Assembly: GCA_963668675.2 (NCBI GenBank)
Contig: CAXXMB010000002.1
Location: 96,001-160,000, forward strand
Origin: an uncultured Desulfatitalea sp.
Lineage (GTDB): Bacteria > Desulfobacterota > Desulfobacteria > Desulfobacterales > Desulfosarcinaceae
Direction: 5' to 3'
DNA length: 64,000 nt
Shown: in pieces, positions 14,059-22,584 of the stretch
Position numbering within the stretch: the first letter of the stretch is position 1
Layout of the letters: the number at the start of each line of letters is the position of its first letter
Program-made: the position numbers and the translations under genes
Notes under the pieces: model-generated
Seen by the model: only the letters and a program-made list of their open reading frames with translations
Databases searched by the model: none
What the model was told of the DNA's origin: nothing

Positions 14059-14276
14059 GTGGGGAGGCGCCCTGTTCGAATGAGGCTCCCCACCAAGAAG
14101 ATTACGCCTTATTACCAGGCAGTTAGAGAAATTCGACAGCCACGTCCACTGCCGTGTCCGAGTTGACACGGCAGACCGGGCGTGACATAACCTCGGATGC
14201 TGAAAAGGAGCGGGGCGCTATCGTCAGATGACGCCCCTTCAACTGGAAACACCCCAATACCAATTGAGCAGACGAG

Positions 14277-16931
14277 ATGAAATCGAACAAAGAGATTAAA
14301 GACGACGACTTACAGCAACTGCCCAAACACTTCGACGCCAATGCCGCCGAGGAGAAGTTCCAGACCCTGTGGAACAAACTGGGCGTTTACCGTTACGACG
14401 CTACCCGTGCGCGTGAAGAGACCTTTATTGTAGACACACCACCTCCCACGGTTTCGGGTTCGCTGCATGTCGGCCATGTCTTCAGTTACACCCATACCGA
14501 TATCATCGCCCGCTACCAACGCATGCTGGGCAAAAACATCTTCTACCCCATGGGGTGGGACGACAACGGCCTGCCCACCGAACGCAGGGTCCAGAACTAC
14601 TTCCATGTGCGTTGCGATCCGGCGGTGGCTTATGAAGAGAATCTCGAGATCCCACAGGCCACTGCCAAGATCCGCAAAAAACCGCCGCGCATCCTTTCGC
14701 GGCCCAACTTTCTCGATCTGTGCGTCCAACTCACTCGTGAAGACGAGCAGGTCTTCAAAAACCTGTGGCAGCGCCTGGGACTCTCCGTGGACTGGAATCA
14801 GGAGTACTCCACTATAGACAAACGCTGTCGCACCTTAGCCCAGCTAAGCTTCCTGGATCTTTTCAACAAAGCGCATGTCTACAGCACCGAGAGCCCGACC
14901 ATGTGGGACGTGGACTTTCAAACAGCCATCGCCCAGGCCGAAGTGGAGGACAGGGAGACGCCGGGAGCCTTCCACGACGTTCGCTTCGGTGTGGCCGACT
15001 CGGAGGAGAGCTTTATCATCTCCACCACCCGACCCGAACTGCTACCGGCTTGCGTGGGGGTGACCTTCCACCCCGATGACGACCGCTATCGGCACCTTGA
15101 AGGGAAAAAAGCGATAACGCCTCTCTTCTTTGCTGAAGTCCCCTGCTTCCCGAGCAAGCTGGTCGATCCGGAAAAGGGAACCGGCATTCTCATGGTGTGC
15201 ACCTTTGGCGACCAGACGGATGTCCAGTGGTGGCGGGAGCACAAACTCGCTCTGCGACAGATTGTTCAGAAGAACGGCAGACTGGGGAACATCACTTTCG
15301 GAGAGCCGGGTTGGGAGAGCCGCAACCCCGAATCCGCCAACCGCTTCTACGCTGAACTGTCCGGCAAAAAAGTAGCCCAGGCCAAAACCGCCATCGTAGA
15401 ACTGCTCAGGGATGAAAACGGCGCGGCCGCAGGTACAGCCACCCCGCTGGTTGGCGATCCCAAACCGATCAAGCATGCGGTACGTTTCTATGAAAAGGGG
15501 GACAAACCCCTGGAGTTCATCTCCACCCGTCAGTGGTTCGTGCGGATTCTGGACAAAAAAGAGCAGCTTATGGCAAAGGGGAACGAAATCAACTGGTTCC
15601 CGGGATTCATGCGCAATCGCTATCTCGATTGGACCCAGAACCTCAACTTCGACTGGTGCATCAGCCGCCAACGCTACTTCGGCGTCTCCTTTCCCGTCTG
15701 GTACCCGCTCGACGAAGAATGCCGCCCGGACTACAGCCAACCGATTGTGGCCGACGAGGCGCAACTGCCTGTCGACCCCTCCGTCTCCTGCCCAGCCGGC
15801 TACACAGAGGAGCAGCGCGATAAACCCAATGGATTTACTGCTGAAAACGATGTTTTCGACACCTGGTTCACCAGTTCGCTCAGCCCCCAGATCGGTTCTC
15901 ACTGGCAGTTGGACAATGAGCGCCACAAGCGCCTCTTTCCAATGGATCTGCGCCCCCAGAGCCACGAGATCATCAGAACCTGGGCGTTTTACACCATCGT
16001 CAAGGCCATGCTGCACGAAGATACGATTCCCTGGAAGAACGTCACCATCTCGGGGTGGGTTCTCGACCCGGATCGCAAAAAAATGTCCAAGAGCAAAGGC
16101 AACGTGGTGGTGCCCACCGAATTGATGGAGAAGTACAGCTCCGACACCCTGCGCTACTGGGCCGGCAGTGCCAGACTGGGCGTGGACACCGCCTGTGATG
16201 AGAAGGTCATCAAAATCGGCAAGCGGCTTGTGACCAAACTCTACAATGCCGCCAAATTTGTCCTCTCCCAGCAAGGTGAAGCGGGAGAGATCACCTGCGA
16301 ACTGGACCGCGCCTTCGTCCAGCGCCTGAAGGAGATGGTCCGCACTGCCAGCGGCCATCTGGAGAAGTTCGACTTCTCAACCGCCCTTTCGGTGATCGAG
16401 AGTTTTTTCTGGAACTCGTTTACCGACACCTATCTCGAATTCAGCAAAAAGCGAGCCTGGGGCGACCAGGGGGCCTACTCTGAAGAGCAGGGCTCAGCAC
16501 TGGCCGCACTGCAAATGGGGCTGGAAGCCGTGACCAAAATGTTTGCCCCCTACATGCCGTATATCTGCGAGGAGGTCTGGTCGTGGCGCTTCGCCGGCAA
16601 AAGAGGCATACCCAGCGTATGCACCGCACCATGGCCCCAAACAGATGATTATGACGGTATAGCACCTCCGGAACACCAGGAGAGTTTCGATGTGGCCACG
16701 GCCATATTTTACGCCGTCAACAAACAGAAGACCGACAACCAGCTCTCCATCGGCCGCCAGCTCGCATCCATCACCGTGCACGCCAATGCCGGGACCATCG
16801 CCATTGCCGAAAAAATCGCCGAAGATATCAAAGCGGCCACGAGATGCGATCAGATGATATGGACGGTGGCCGACCAGCTGGAAGACGGTCAGGTGGAACT
16901 CTCTGATATGGAGGTACTGGACAAAACGTAA
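14277..16931 (+). CDS. valS: Valine--tRNA ligase, type 2 (archaeal-like)
   Basis: DTPPPTVSGSLHVGH, GWDDNGLPTE, STTRPEL editing motif, DWCISRQR, RPQSHEIIRTW and KMSKS. No C-terminal coiled-coil arm. Confidence 0.93.
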   Translation: MKSNKEIKDDDLQQLPKHFDANAAEEKFQTLWNKLGVYRYDATRAREETFIVDTPPPTVSGSLHVGHVFSYTHTDIIARYQRMLGKNIFYPMGWDDNGLPTERRVQNYFHVRCDPAVAYEENLEIPQATAKIRKKPPRILSRPNFLDLCVQLTREDEQVFKNLWQRLGLSVDWNQEYSTIDKRCRTLAQLSFLDLFNKAHVYSTESPTMWDVDFQTAIAQAEVEDRETPGAFHDVRFGVADSEESFIISTTRPELLPACVGVTFHPDDDRYRHLEGKKAITPLFFAEVPCFPSKLVDPEKGTGILMVCTFGDQTDVQWWREHKLALRQIVQKNGRLGNITFGEPGWESRNPESANRFYAELSGKKVAQAKTAIVELLRDENGAAAGTATPLVGDPKPIKHAVRFYEKGDKPLEFISTRQWFVRILDKKEQLMAKGNEINWFPGFMRNRYLDWTQNLNFDWCISRQRYFGVSFPVWYPLDEECRPDYSQPIVADEAQLPVDPSVSCPAGYTEEQRDKPNGFTAENDVFDTWFTSSLSPQIGSHWQLDNERHKRLFPMDLRPQSHEIIRTWAFYTIVKAMLHEDTIPWKNVTISGWVLDPDRKKMSKSKGNVVVPTELMEKYSSDTLRYWAGSARLGVDTACDEKVIKIGKRLVTKLYNAAKFVLSQQGEAGEITCELDRAFVQRLKEMVRTASGHLEKFDFSTALSVIESFFWNSFTDTYLEFSKKRAWGDQGAYSEEQGSALAALQMGLEAVTKMFAPYMPYICEEVWSWRFAGKRGIPSVCTAPWPQTDDYDGIAPPEHQESFDVATAIFYAVNKQKTDNQLSIGRQLASITVHANAGTIAIAEKIAEDIKAATRCDQMIWTVADQLEDGQVELSDMEVLDKT

Positions 16932-17157
16932 TCAACAGCGATGAGCCCCTCCGTGGCAACGGGCTGTTGATAATATTTGCTCTTCCCGCCGGATCGGATC
17001 TTATTCCCAATCGGCTAAAAAGAGTTTTCGACGAAGTACACCCGCCGCATCTTTCAGATGATTTGGCCCGATGGTTCAGATGGACGATTCAGACGGGGAG
17101 AGGCGTACTGTTCTGCAGTGAATGCACATTGGATGATACTGGAGCGAAGGAGGTTCG

Positions 17158-18207
17158 ATGGCCAACAACCACGACAACAAAGTAATGAGCGCCGAGGAGG
17201 CGATCCGCCGTTTCGTCGACGATGGTGAATCACTGATCATCGGTAACTACACCGTCGGTACCTGTACCGAACTTGTCTACGAAGTGTGCCGCCAGGGAAA
17301 AAAAGGGTTCACCCTCTACTCCCAATCGGGAATTCTCGACGTGGATGTGCTGATCAACGCCGGATGCGTCGACCGTATGGTCACCACCTACGTGATGCGT
17401 TCAGGCGGCAAAACCGGCGGCGGCGCAGTCGAAAGGGCGCTTCAGGCCGGCACCTTGGAGATGGAGGACTACACCAACTTCAACTACAATGCGCGCCTCA
17501 TGGCCGGCATGCATGGCTTCACCTTCATGCCCGTTCTGGAAGGCGTGATGGCCACCGACCTGTTCAAAAAGCGCGGCTTCATGGGTGACGACAAGTACCG
17601 GGTCATCAACTGCCCCTACACCGGTAAAAAGATACTGACCGTGCCGGCTGCCAACCCCGATGTGTGCATCATCCACGTCCAGCGGGCCGATAAATTCGGC
17701 AACGCCCAGTACTGGGGCGCCATGGGCAGCGTAGCGGCCGCAGCCCTGTGCAGCAAAAAAATTATCGTGTCGTGCGAAGAGATCGTCGAACACGACATCA
17801 TCCAGGCCAGCCCCCACTTCACCATCGTCCCCGCATACCGTGTCAATGCGGTGGTCGAAGTGCCTTGGGGTGCCCACCCCACCGAAGTTCTGGGATACTA
17901 CAACCAGGACAGCTTCTTCTACGGCATGTTCCGCAAAGCCAACAGCACGGCCGACGGCGCCAAAGAGTGGATGGACGAATGGGTTTACGGCTGTCCGGAC
18001 CGCGAGGCGTTCATCGACCATTATACAGCCAAATTCGGCATGGGCATGCTTGACCGGCTGCGGGCCAAAGCGTACTACTCGGCCCCGGCCAATTACGGCT
18101 CTGCTTTCACCTCGGTCTGGGATGAAACCGGTCGCAACCGTATCCTGGGGCTCACGCTCGAAGAGGTGGAACAGGAGATGGCGGAAAGGGGGCTGCTTTA
18201 TGAGTAA
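17158..18207 (+). CDS. Family I CoA-transferase subunit A (glutaconate CoA-transferase GctA-like)
   Basis: KVMSAEEAIRRFVDDG, PDVCIIHVQRADKFGNAQ and AVVEVPWGAHP motifs; AAGGAGG RBS. Confidence 0.88.
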   Translation: MANNHDNKVMSAEEAIRRFVDDGESLIIGNYTVGTCTELVYEVCRQGKKGFTLYSQSGILDVDVLINAGCVDRMVTTYVMRSGGKTGGGAVERALQAGTLEMEDYTNFNYNARLMAGMHGFTFMPVLEGVMATDLFKKRGFMGDDKYRVINCPYTGKKILTVPAANPDVCIIHVQRADKFGNAQYWGAMGSVAAAALCSKKIIVSCEEIVEHDIIQASPHFTIVPAYRVNAVVEVPWGAHPTEVLGYYNQDSFFYGMFRKANSTADGAKEWMDEWVYGCPDREAFIDHYTAKFGMGMLDRLRAKAYYSAPANYGSAFTSVWDETGRNRILGLTLEEVEQEMAERGLLYE

Positions 18208-19024
18208 AGGCTATACGCTCAATGAACTGTTGATCATCTCCTGTGCCAAGGAGATCGAAGACTATCAAAATATCATCCTCGGCGTGGGGCTTCCGACCAC
18301 GGCGGGGGCCTTGGCCAAGGCGCTCTACGCCCCTCATGCCAATTTGATGATGGAATCGGGCATCATCGATTTCGAACCCCTGGTGCCCCTGCATCACATC
18401 GCCGACGCCCATGCCTGCCGCGGCTTCTCCTATTCCACTGACCTGTTTTCCGCCTTTACCATGACCTATCGCGGATTTGTCGACATCTGCTTTTTGGGGG
18501 TCGGACAGATTGACAAGTTCGGTAACTTGAACACCACCTGTATCGGTGATTACTACCAACCGGACCTGCGCCTGCCTGGGTCTGGCGGCGCGGCCGACTT
18601 CATCTCCTATGCCAAGAAAACAGTGCTGACCCTGCGAGGCGGCCAGTTCGTCGAAAAACTCGACTACTTCACCTCTCCCGGTTACCTGGACGGCGGTGAC
18701 AGCCGGGATGCATCGGGCTGGTTTCCCAAAGGCAGCGGCCCCTCCATGCTGCTGACCACCAAGGGGGTGTTCCGTTTCGATCCCGAAACCAAAGAGCTCT
18801 ACCTGGCCCAGATCCACCCCGGTGTCAACGTGGAGGATGTGCGCAAGGATGTGCCCTGGGACCTGAAAATTGCGCCCGACCTCTCCCAAACCGAGCGCCC
18901 TACGGACAAAGAGATCGATTTTGTGAGGCGATTCGCGCCTGCCGAGGCCTTGGGGCGTGAAGCCGCCACCGAACTGGGCATTGGGTATGCACTGCGCAGG
19001 GCCAAAGAGCGCGGCAAGGTATAA
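18200..19024 (+). CDS. Family I CoA-transferase subunit B (GctB-like)
   Basis: The true start is ATG 18200 (MSKGYTLNELL), overlapping the end of subunit A. GVGLP, catalytic MMESG, GQIDKFGNLN and LPGSGGAAD motifs. Confidence 0.88.
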   Translation: MSKGYTLNELLIISCAKEIEDYQNIILGVGLPTTAGALAKALYAPHANLMMESGIIDFEPLVPLHHIADAHACRGFSYSTDLFSAFTMTYRGFVDICFLGVGQIDKFGNLNTTCIGDYYQPDLRLPGSGGAADFISYAKKTVLTLRGGQFVEKLDYFTSPGYLDGGDSRDASGWFPKGSGPSMLLTTKGVFRFDPETKELYLAQIHPGVNVEDVRKDVPWDLKIAPDLSQTERPTDKEIDFVRRFAPAEALGREAATELGIGYALRRAKERGKV

Positions 19025-19103
19025 CCCTCTGGTCCTATCCATCTTTTCTGGGCCGATTCACCAGGAAAAGAGAACGCTCTTTTGCAATATCGAAACATAT
19101 ATG

Positions 19104-19185
19104 AAACCACAGAGGACACAGAGCCCACTGAGGGATTTTCCATTATCTTTTCCCTTAATCTCTGAATTCTGTGTCCTCTATAATA
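19104..19185. repeat. REP-like palindromic element (ACCACAGAG..CACAGAG type)
   Basis: 12-bp perfect inverted repeat AGAGGACACAGA (19111-19122) / TCTGTGTCCTCT (19168-19179), with internal CACAGAG reiteration. Confidence 0.6.
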
Positions 19186-19258
19186 AAACATCACCTTTTC
19201 AATGACCTTTATTCGGCAGACAAACCCGAAATTTCGGTAATAAAGATTATGGAGCAGT

Positions 19259-21334
19259 ATGGAGACCTTTTTCTATCCACGGTCCGTGGCCGTCGCCGGG
19301 GCCAGCCAGAAAGAGAACCTGGGCAATCATGTCATCAAAAATCTCAAATCCGGTTTTGATGGCGATATCTATCCGATCAACCCAAACTATGAAGAGATAG
19401 AGGGGCTGCCCTGCTATCCATCCATTGATAAGGTCCCCGGCCATGTGGATCTGGCCATCGTGCTGGTGCCGGCCAAGGCGATACCCGCCTTGCTGGAATC
19501 GTGTGCCCAAAAGGGCACCCGACGCGTCATCATCGAAAGCGCTGGTTTTTCTGAAACCGGTGAGGAAGGGCGTGCCCTGCAGGAGAAGTGTGACGAGATT
19601 GCCCGAAAGAACGGCATCCGCCTCTGGGGTCCCAACTGCATGGGCAACGTCAATATCCACAAGCAGTACTTCTTCACTTTCATGCATCCGCGTATTCGCG
19701 CCTCGGGACTGCTGCCCGGCCGGATATCGCTCATCGTTCAGAGCGGAATGATGTCGGCCGTTTTCCTGGCTGAACTGGCGCGCAAAGGAATCGGCGTGGC
19801 CAAGGCCTGCTCGATCGGCAACCGCGCCGATGTGAACGAATGCGACCTGATCGCGTTTCTGGAAAAGGACGCCGACACCGAGGTGATCGCGCTCTACCTC
19901 GAATCGATCCCCCAGGGGCGACGCTTCGCCCAACTGGTAGAGGCGTCGACCAAACCCATCGTCCTGCTCAAAGGCGGCCAGAGCGACGCCGGTGCGCAGG
20001 CGGCCATGAGCCACACCAGCAGCCTCTCGGGCAACTCGCGTCTGGCGACCAGCATCCTCTCTAACGCCGGGGTTACCATGGCCAACAGCATTTTCCAGAT
20101 GATGGACATGGCCAATACACTGGCCGCCATCCCTAAGCTGAACCCGGCCTGCCGCATCGCCATAATGACACTGAGCGGTGGGGCCGGCATCCTGGCCTGC
20201 GATGCCTTGGCGCGTAGCGGTTTAACCATCGCGGCCTTGTCCGAGGAGACCAAAAAGAAATTGCTCGACGTATTTCCTCCCTGGATGCCGCCTTCCAATC
20301 CAATAGACCTCTTCCCGGCAGTGGCTCTGCGCGGTCGCGAAGTCGCCTTCAAAAGCTCCCTGGATGCCGCCCTGGAGGATCCCGGCATCGATGCTGTGGT
20401 GATCCACTTTGTCGCAGGCCTCGACGAAACGATGGCCGGGCAGCTTATGACGATCAAAAAGCGAGCGGACCAGTTGGGGAAAACCGTCATATTCTGGCTG
20501 ATGGGACTGGCCGAAGGCAAAAAAGCATTCGCCGAAAATGCCAGAGCAGCAGGCATTACAGTCCACTCGGACGGCACCCGTCTGGCCGAATGCCTCGCCG
20601 CCGTCGCCCGTTTCAATGCCTACAAAAACCAGAAAAAGGAGAGTGCCGCAGAAGCGATGACGACGCTTCCCGAACCAAGACAACTCGACCTTCCCCACCC
20701 CCATAAGATCCTGGATGAATTCGACAGCAAACGTCTCCTCAATGATTGGCAGATTCCTGTGGTCGAAGAGAAGATCGCCACCACCCATGCCCAAGCGTGG
20801 GAGTTTGCCAGTCAGGTCGGCCTGCCGGTGGCCATGAAGGGGCTGGCCCCGGATATGGCCCACAAAACGGAACACGGACTGGTCAAGCTGGGCATATCCG
20901 ACCAACCGCAGCTGATCCAAACCTACGATACGCTCCGTGACAAGGTGGGCGACAGCGGCCGCGTCCTGGTTCAGAAACAGATCGCCTGCGATTATGAACT
21001 GATTGCAGGCTTCCTGAGAGATACCCAGTTCGGACCGTGCGTCATGTTCGGCCTGGGCGGCCTCCTGGCCGAACTGGAGCCGGACGTCATGTTCGCCCTG
21101 GCGCCTCTCACCCAGGCCAAAGCCGTCCAGCTCATCCACAGCCTGCGCAACCGAAAACTGCTGCGGGGCTTTCGCGGAATGACACCCCTCGATGAAAATG
21201 CCGCAGCCCGACTCCTGGTCAACCTGGGAAACCTCGGCGCAACCCACCCCCAGATCGAACAGATCGACATCAACCCCCTGGTGGTCTCGAAGGGGGTGCC
21301 GATCGCCGTGGATGCCAACGTGGTTTTGAAGTAG
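19259..21334 (+). CDS. ADP-forming acyl-CoA synthetase (acetate--CoA ligase family), fused alpha-beta
   Basis: CoA-binding domain with YPINP, WGPNCMG, phospho-His motif AAMSHTSSL, and a C-terminal ATP-grasp with AHKTE, QFGPCVMFGLGG and IDINPL. Confidence 0.92.
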   Translation: METFFYPRSVAVAGASQKENLGNHVIKNLKSGFDGDIYPINPNYEEIEGLPCYPSIDKVPGHVDLAIVLVPAKAIPALLESCAQKGTRRVIIESAGFSETGEEGRALQEKCDEIARKNGIRLWGPNCMGNVNIHKQYFFTFMHPRIRASGLLPGRISLIVQSGMMSAVFLAELARKGIGVAKACSIGNRADVNECDLIAFLEKDADTEVIALYLESIPQGRRFAQLVEASTKPIVLLKGGQSDAGAQAAMSHTSSLSGNSRLATSILSNAGVTMANSIFQMMDMANTLAAIPKLNPACRIAIMTLSGGAGILACDALARSGLTIAALSEETKKKLLDVFPPWMPPSNPIDLFPAVALRGREVAFKSSLDAALEDPGIDAVVIHFVAGLDETMAGQLMTIKKRADQLGKTVIFWLMGLAEGKKAFAENARAAGITVHSDGTRLAECLAAVARFNAYKNQKKESAAEAMTTLPEPRQLDLPHPHKILDEFDSKRLLNDWQIPVVEEKIATTHAQAWEFASQVGLPVAMKGLAPDMAHKTEHGLVKLGISDQPQLIQTYDTLRDKVGDSGRVLVQKQIACDYELIAGFLRDTQFGPCVMFGLGGLLAELEPDVMFALAPLTQAKAVQLIHSLRNRKLLRGFRGMTPLDENAAARLLVNLGNLGATHPQIEQIDINPLVVSKGVPIAVDANVVLK

Positions 21335-21405
21335 AGAGAAAAAAGGAGAAGGAATAGAAGACCGTTTCTGACAAATGCCACACCCAATAGATAAGGAGAC
21401 ATCGT

Positions 21406-22407
21406 ATGACCGACCATACATGCTACCAACAATTGGCTGAGGCGGTAGGAGCAGGCGGTTCCAAGTACATCCCCCAAATCTTCGGGGTCCTTGCGGACGA
21501 GAACGAGGCCCGGCTTCTCCTGGCCGCCTCGCCTCCGGCAACCGCTGCGGAACTGAGCGAAAAGACGGGCCTGGACCAGGCGGAGATCGAGCGAATGGCC
21601 GGATCCCTGTTTACCAAGGGTCTGCTGCTGAAATCCAAAAAGCCGGACGGCATCCGATATTACCGCGTCCGGCATTTCATTCAGATGCACGATGCCACAG
21701 CCGTCATGATCGATGCGCCCCAGAAAATGCTTGATCTGTGGAAGTCTTTCATGGCCGAGGAGTTTGTGGGCTACAACCGGGCTTTGGAGGAGGTACTTCC
21801 AAAAGCCGTCATGCGCGTCGTCCCGGTGAATGTCGCCATCACATCCGGTGCCCAAATCCTGGCCATGGACGATGTAAAGCAGATGGTCGACAACGCCCGC
21901 AACCTGGCTGTCACGCGCTGCTCCTGCCGGGTCATCGACGGAAAATGCGGTAAGCCGATCGAGGTGTGTGTGCAGATTGACAAGGCGGCCGACTACTCCA
22001 TCGAAAGGGGCACCGGACGGCCCATCGGCAAAGAAGAAACACTTGCATTGATGCAACAATGCGAAGAGGAGGGGCTGATCCATGTAAGCGACAACGCCCG
22101 GGCACCGGGGCATGTGATCTGCAACTGCTGCAGCGACTGCTGCCTGGTCTGGCCGTCGGTGCGCACCGGCCTCGGCCGATATGTCTCCCCTAGCCGGTTT
22201 GCAGCCCAAGTGGACCCGGAAAAATGCTCAGCCTGCGAGACGTGTCTGGACCGGTGCTATTTCGAAGCCATCACCATGACCGGTGGATATGACACCGCCG
22301 TGGTAGATGCCGACAAATGCATGGGATGCGGACTATGCCTGGTCACCTGCCCCGAAGAAGCCATATCCCTGAGGGAGATCCGGTCTGAAGAGTTCGTCCC
22401 CCAATAG
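21406..22407 (+). CDS. Iron-sulfur protein: N-terminal winged-helix-like region, Cys-rich core and C-terminal 2x[4Fe-4S] ferredoxin domain
   Basis: CSCRVIDGKC, ICNCCSDCC, CSACETCLDRC and CMGCGLCLVTCP motifs. Confidence 0.85.
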   Translation: MTDHTCYQQLAEAVGAGGSKYIPQIFGVLADENEARLLLAASPPATAAELSEKTGLDQAEIERMAGSLFTKGLLLKSKKPDGIRYYRVRHFIQMHDATAVMIDAPQKMLDLWKSFMAEEFVGYNRALEEVLPKAVMRVVPVNVAITSGAQILAMDDVKQMVDNARNLAVTRCSCRVIDGKCGKPIEVCVQIDKAADYSIERGTGRPIGKEETLALMQQCEEEGLIHVSDNARAPGHVICNCCSDCCLVWPSVRTGLGRYVSPSRFAAQVDPEKCSACETCLDRCYFEAITMTGGYDTAVVDADKCMGCGLCLVTCPEEAISLREIRSEEFVPQ

Positions 22408-22414
22408 TCTCGTG

Positions 22415-22564
22415 TTATTAAACCGGCAATTAAATAGGCCAACCCTTGTCATCCCGGACTTGATCCGGGATCCAGGAACGGTCTGGATAGCGCCAAGGCT
22501 TCACTGCGTGCCCGGCCTGCGCCGGAATGACGATTGCTAAGGTAGTTAATTGCCGGGTTAATAA
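22415..22564. mobile_element. MITE-like element (150 bp) between convergent genes
   Basis: TIRs TTATTAAACCGGCAATTAA / TTAATTGCCGGGTTAATAA match 18/19. The core GTCATCCCGGACTTGATCCGGGATCCAG ... CGGAATGACG is shared with the element at 6025-6157. Confidence 0.7.
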
Positions 22565-22584
22565 AAGTGCGATGGATCTTTTTT

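Noticed and set aside
14059..14276. T-box riboswitch or Val leader peptide upstream of valS
   Set aside because: No T-box consensus (GGTGGNACCGCG), and the only short ORF is not Val-rich; kept only as an unspecified structured leader.
17050..17100. Three TTCAGA(T/C)G repeats upstream of the CoA-transferase
   Set aside because: Short and irregularly spaced; not distinguishable from chance.
19222..19241. Shared AAAACCGA-N4-TCGGTTTT-like motif here, at 52216-52235 and at 63940-63959, as a TetR regulon box
   Set aside because: Each copy has 2-3 mismatches, two overlap stop codons, and a related site near 60815-60835 has different spacing. It needs a genome-wide motif search.
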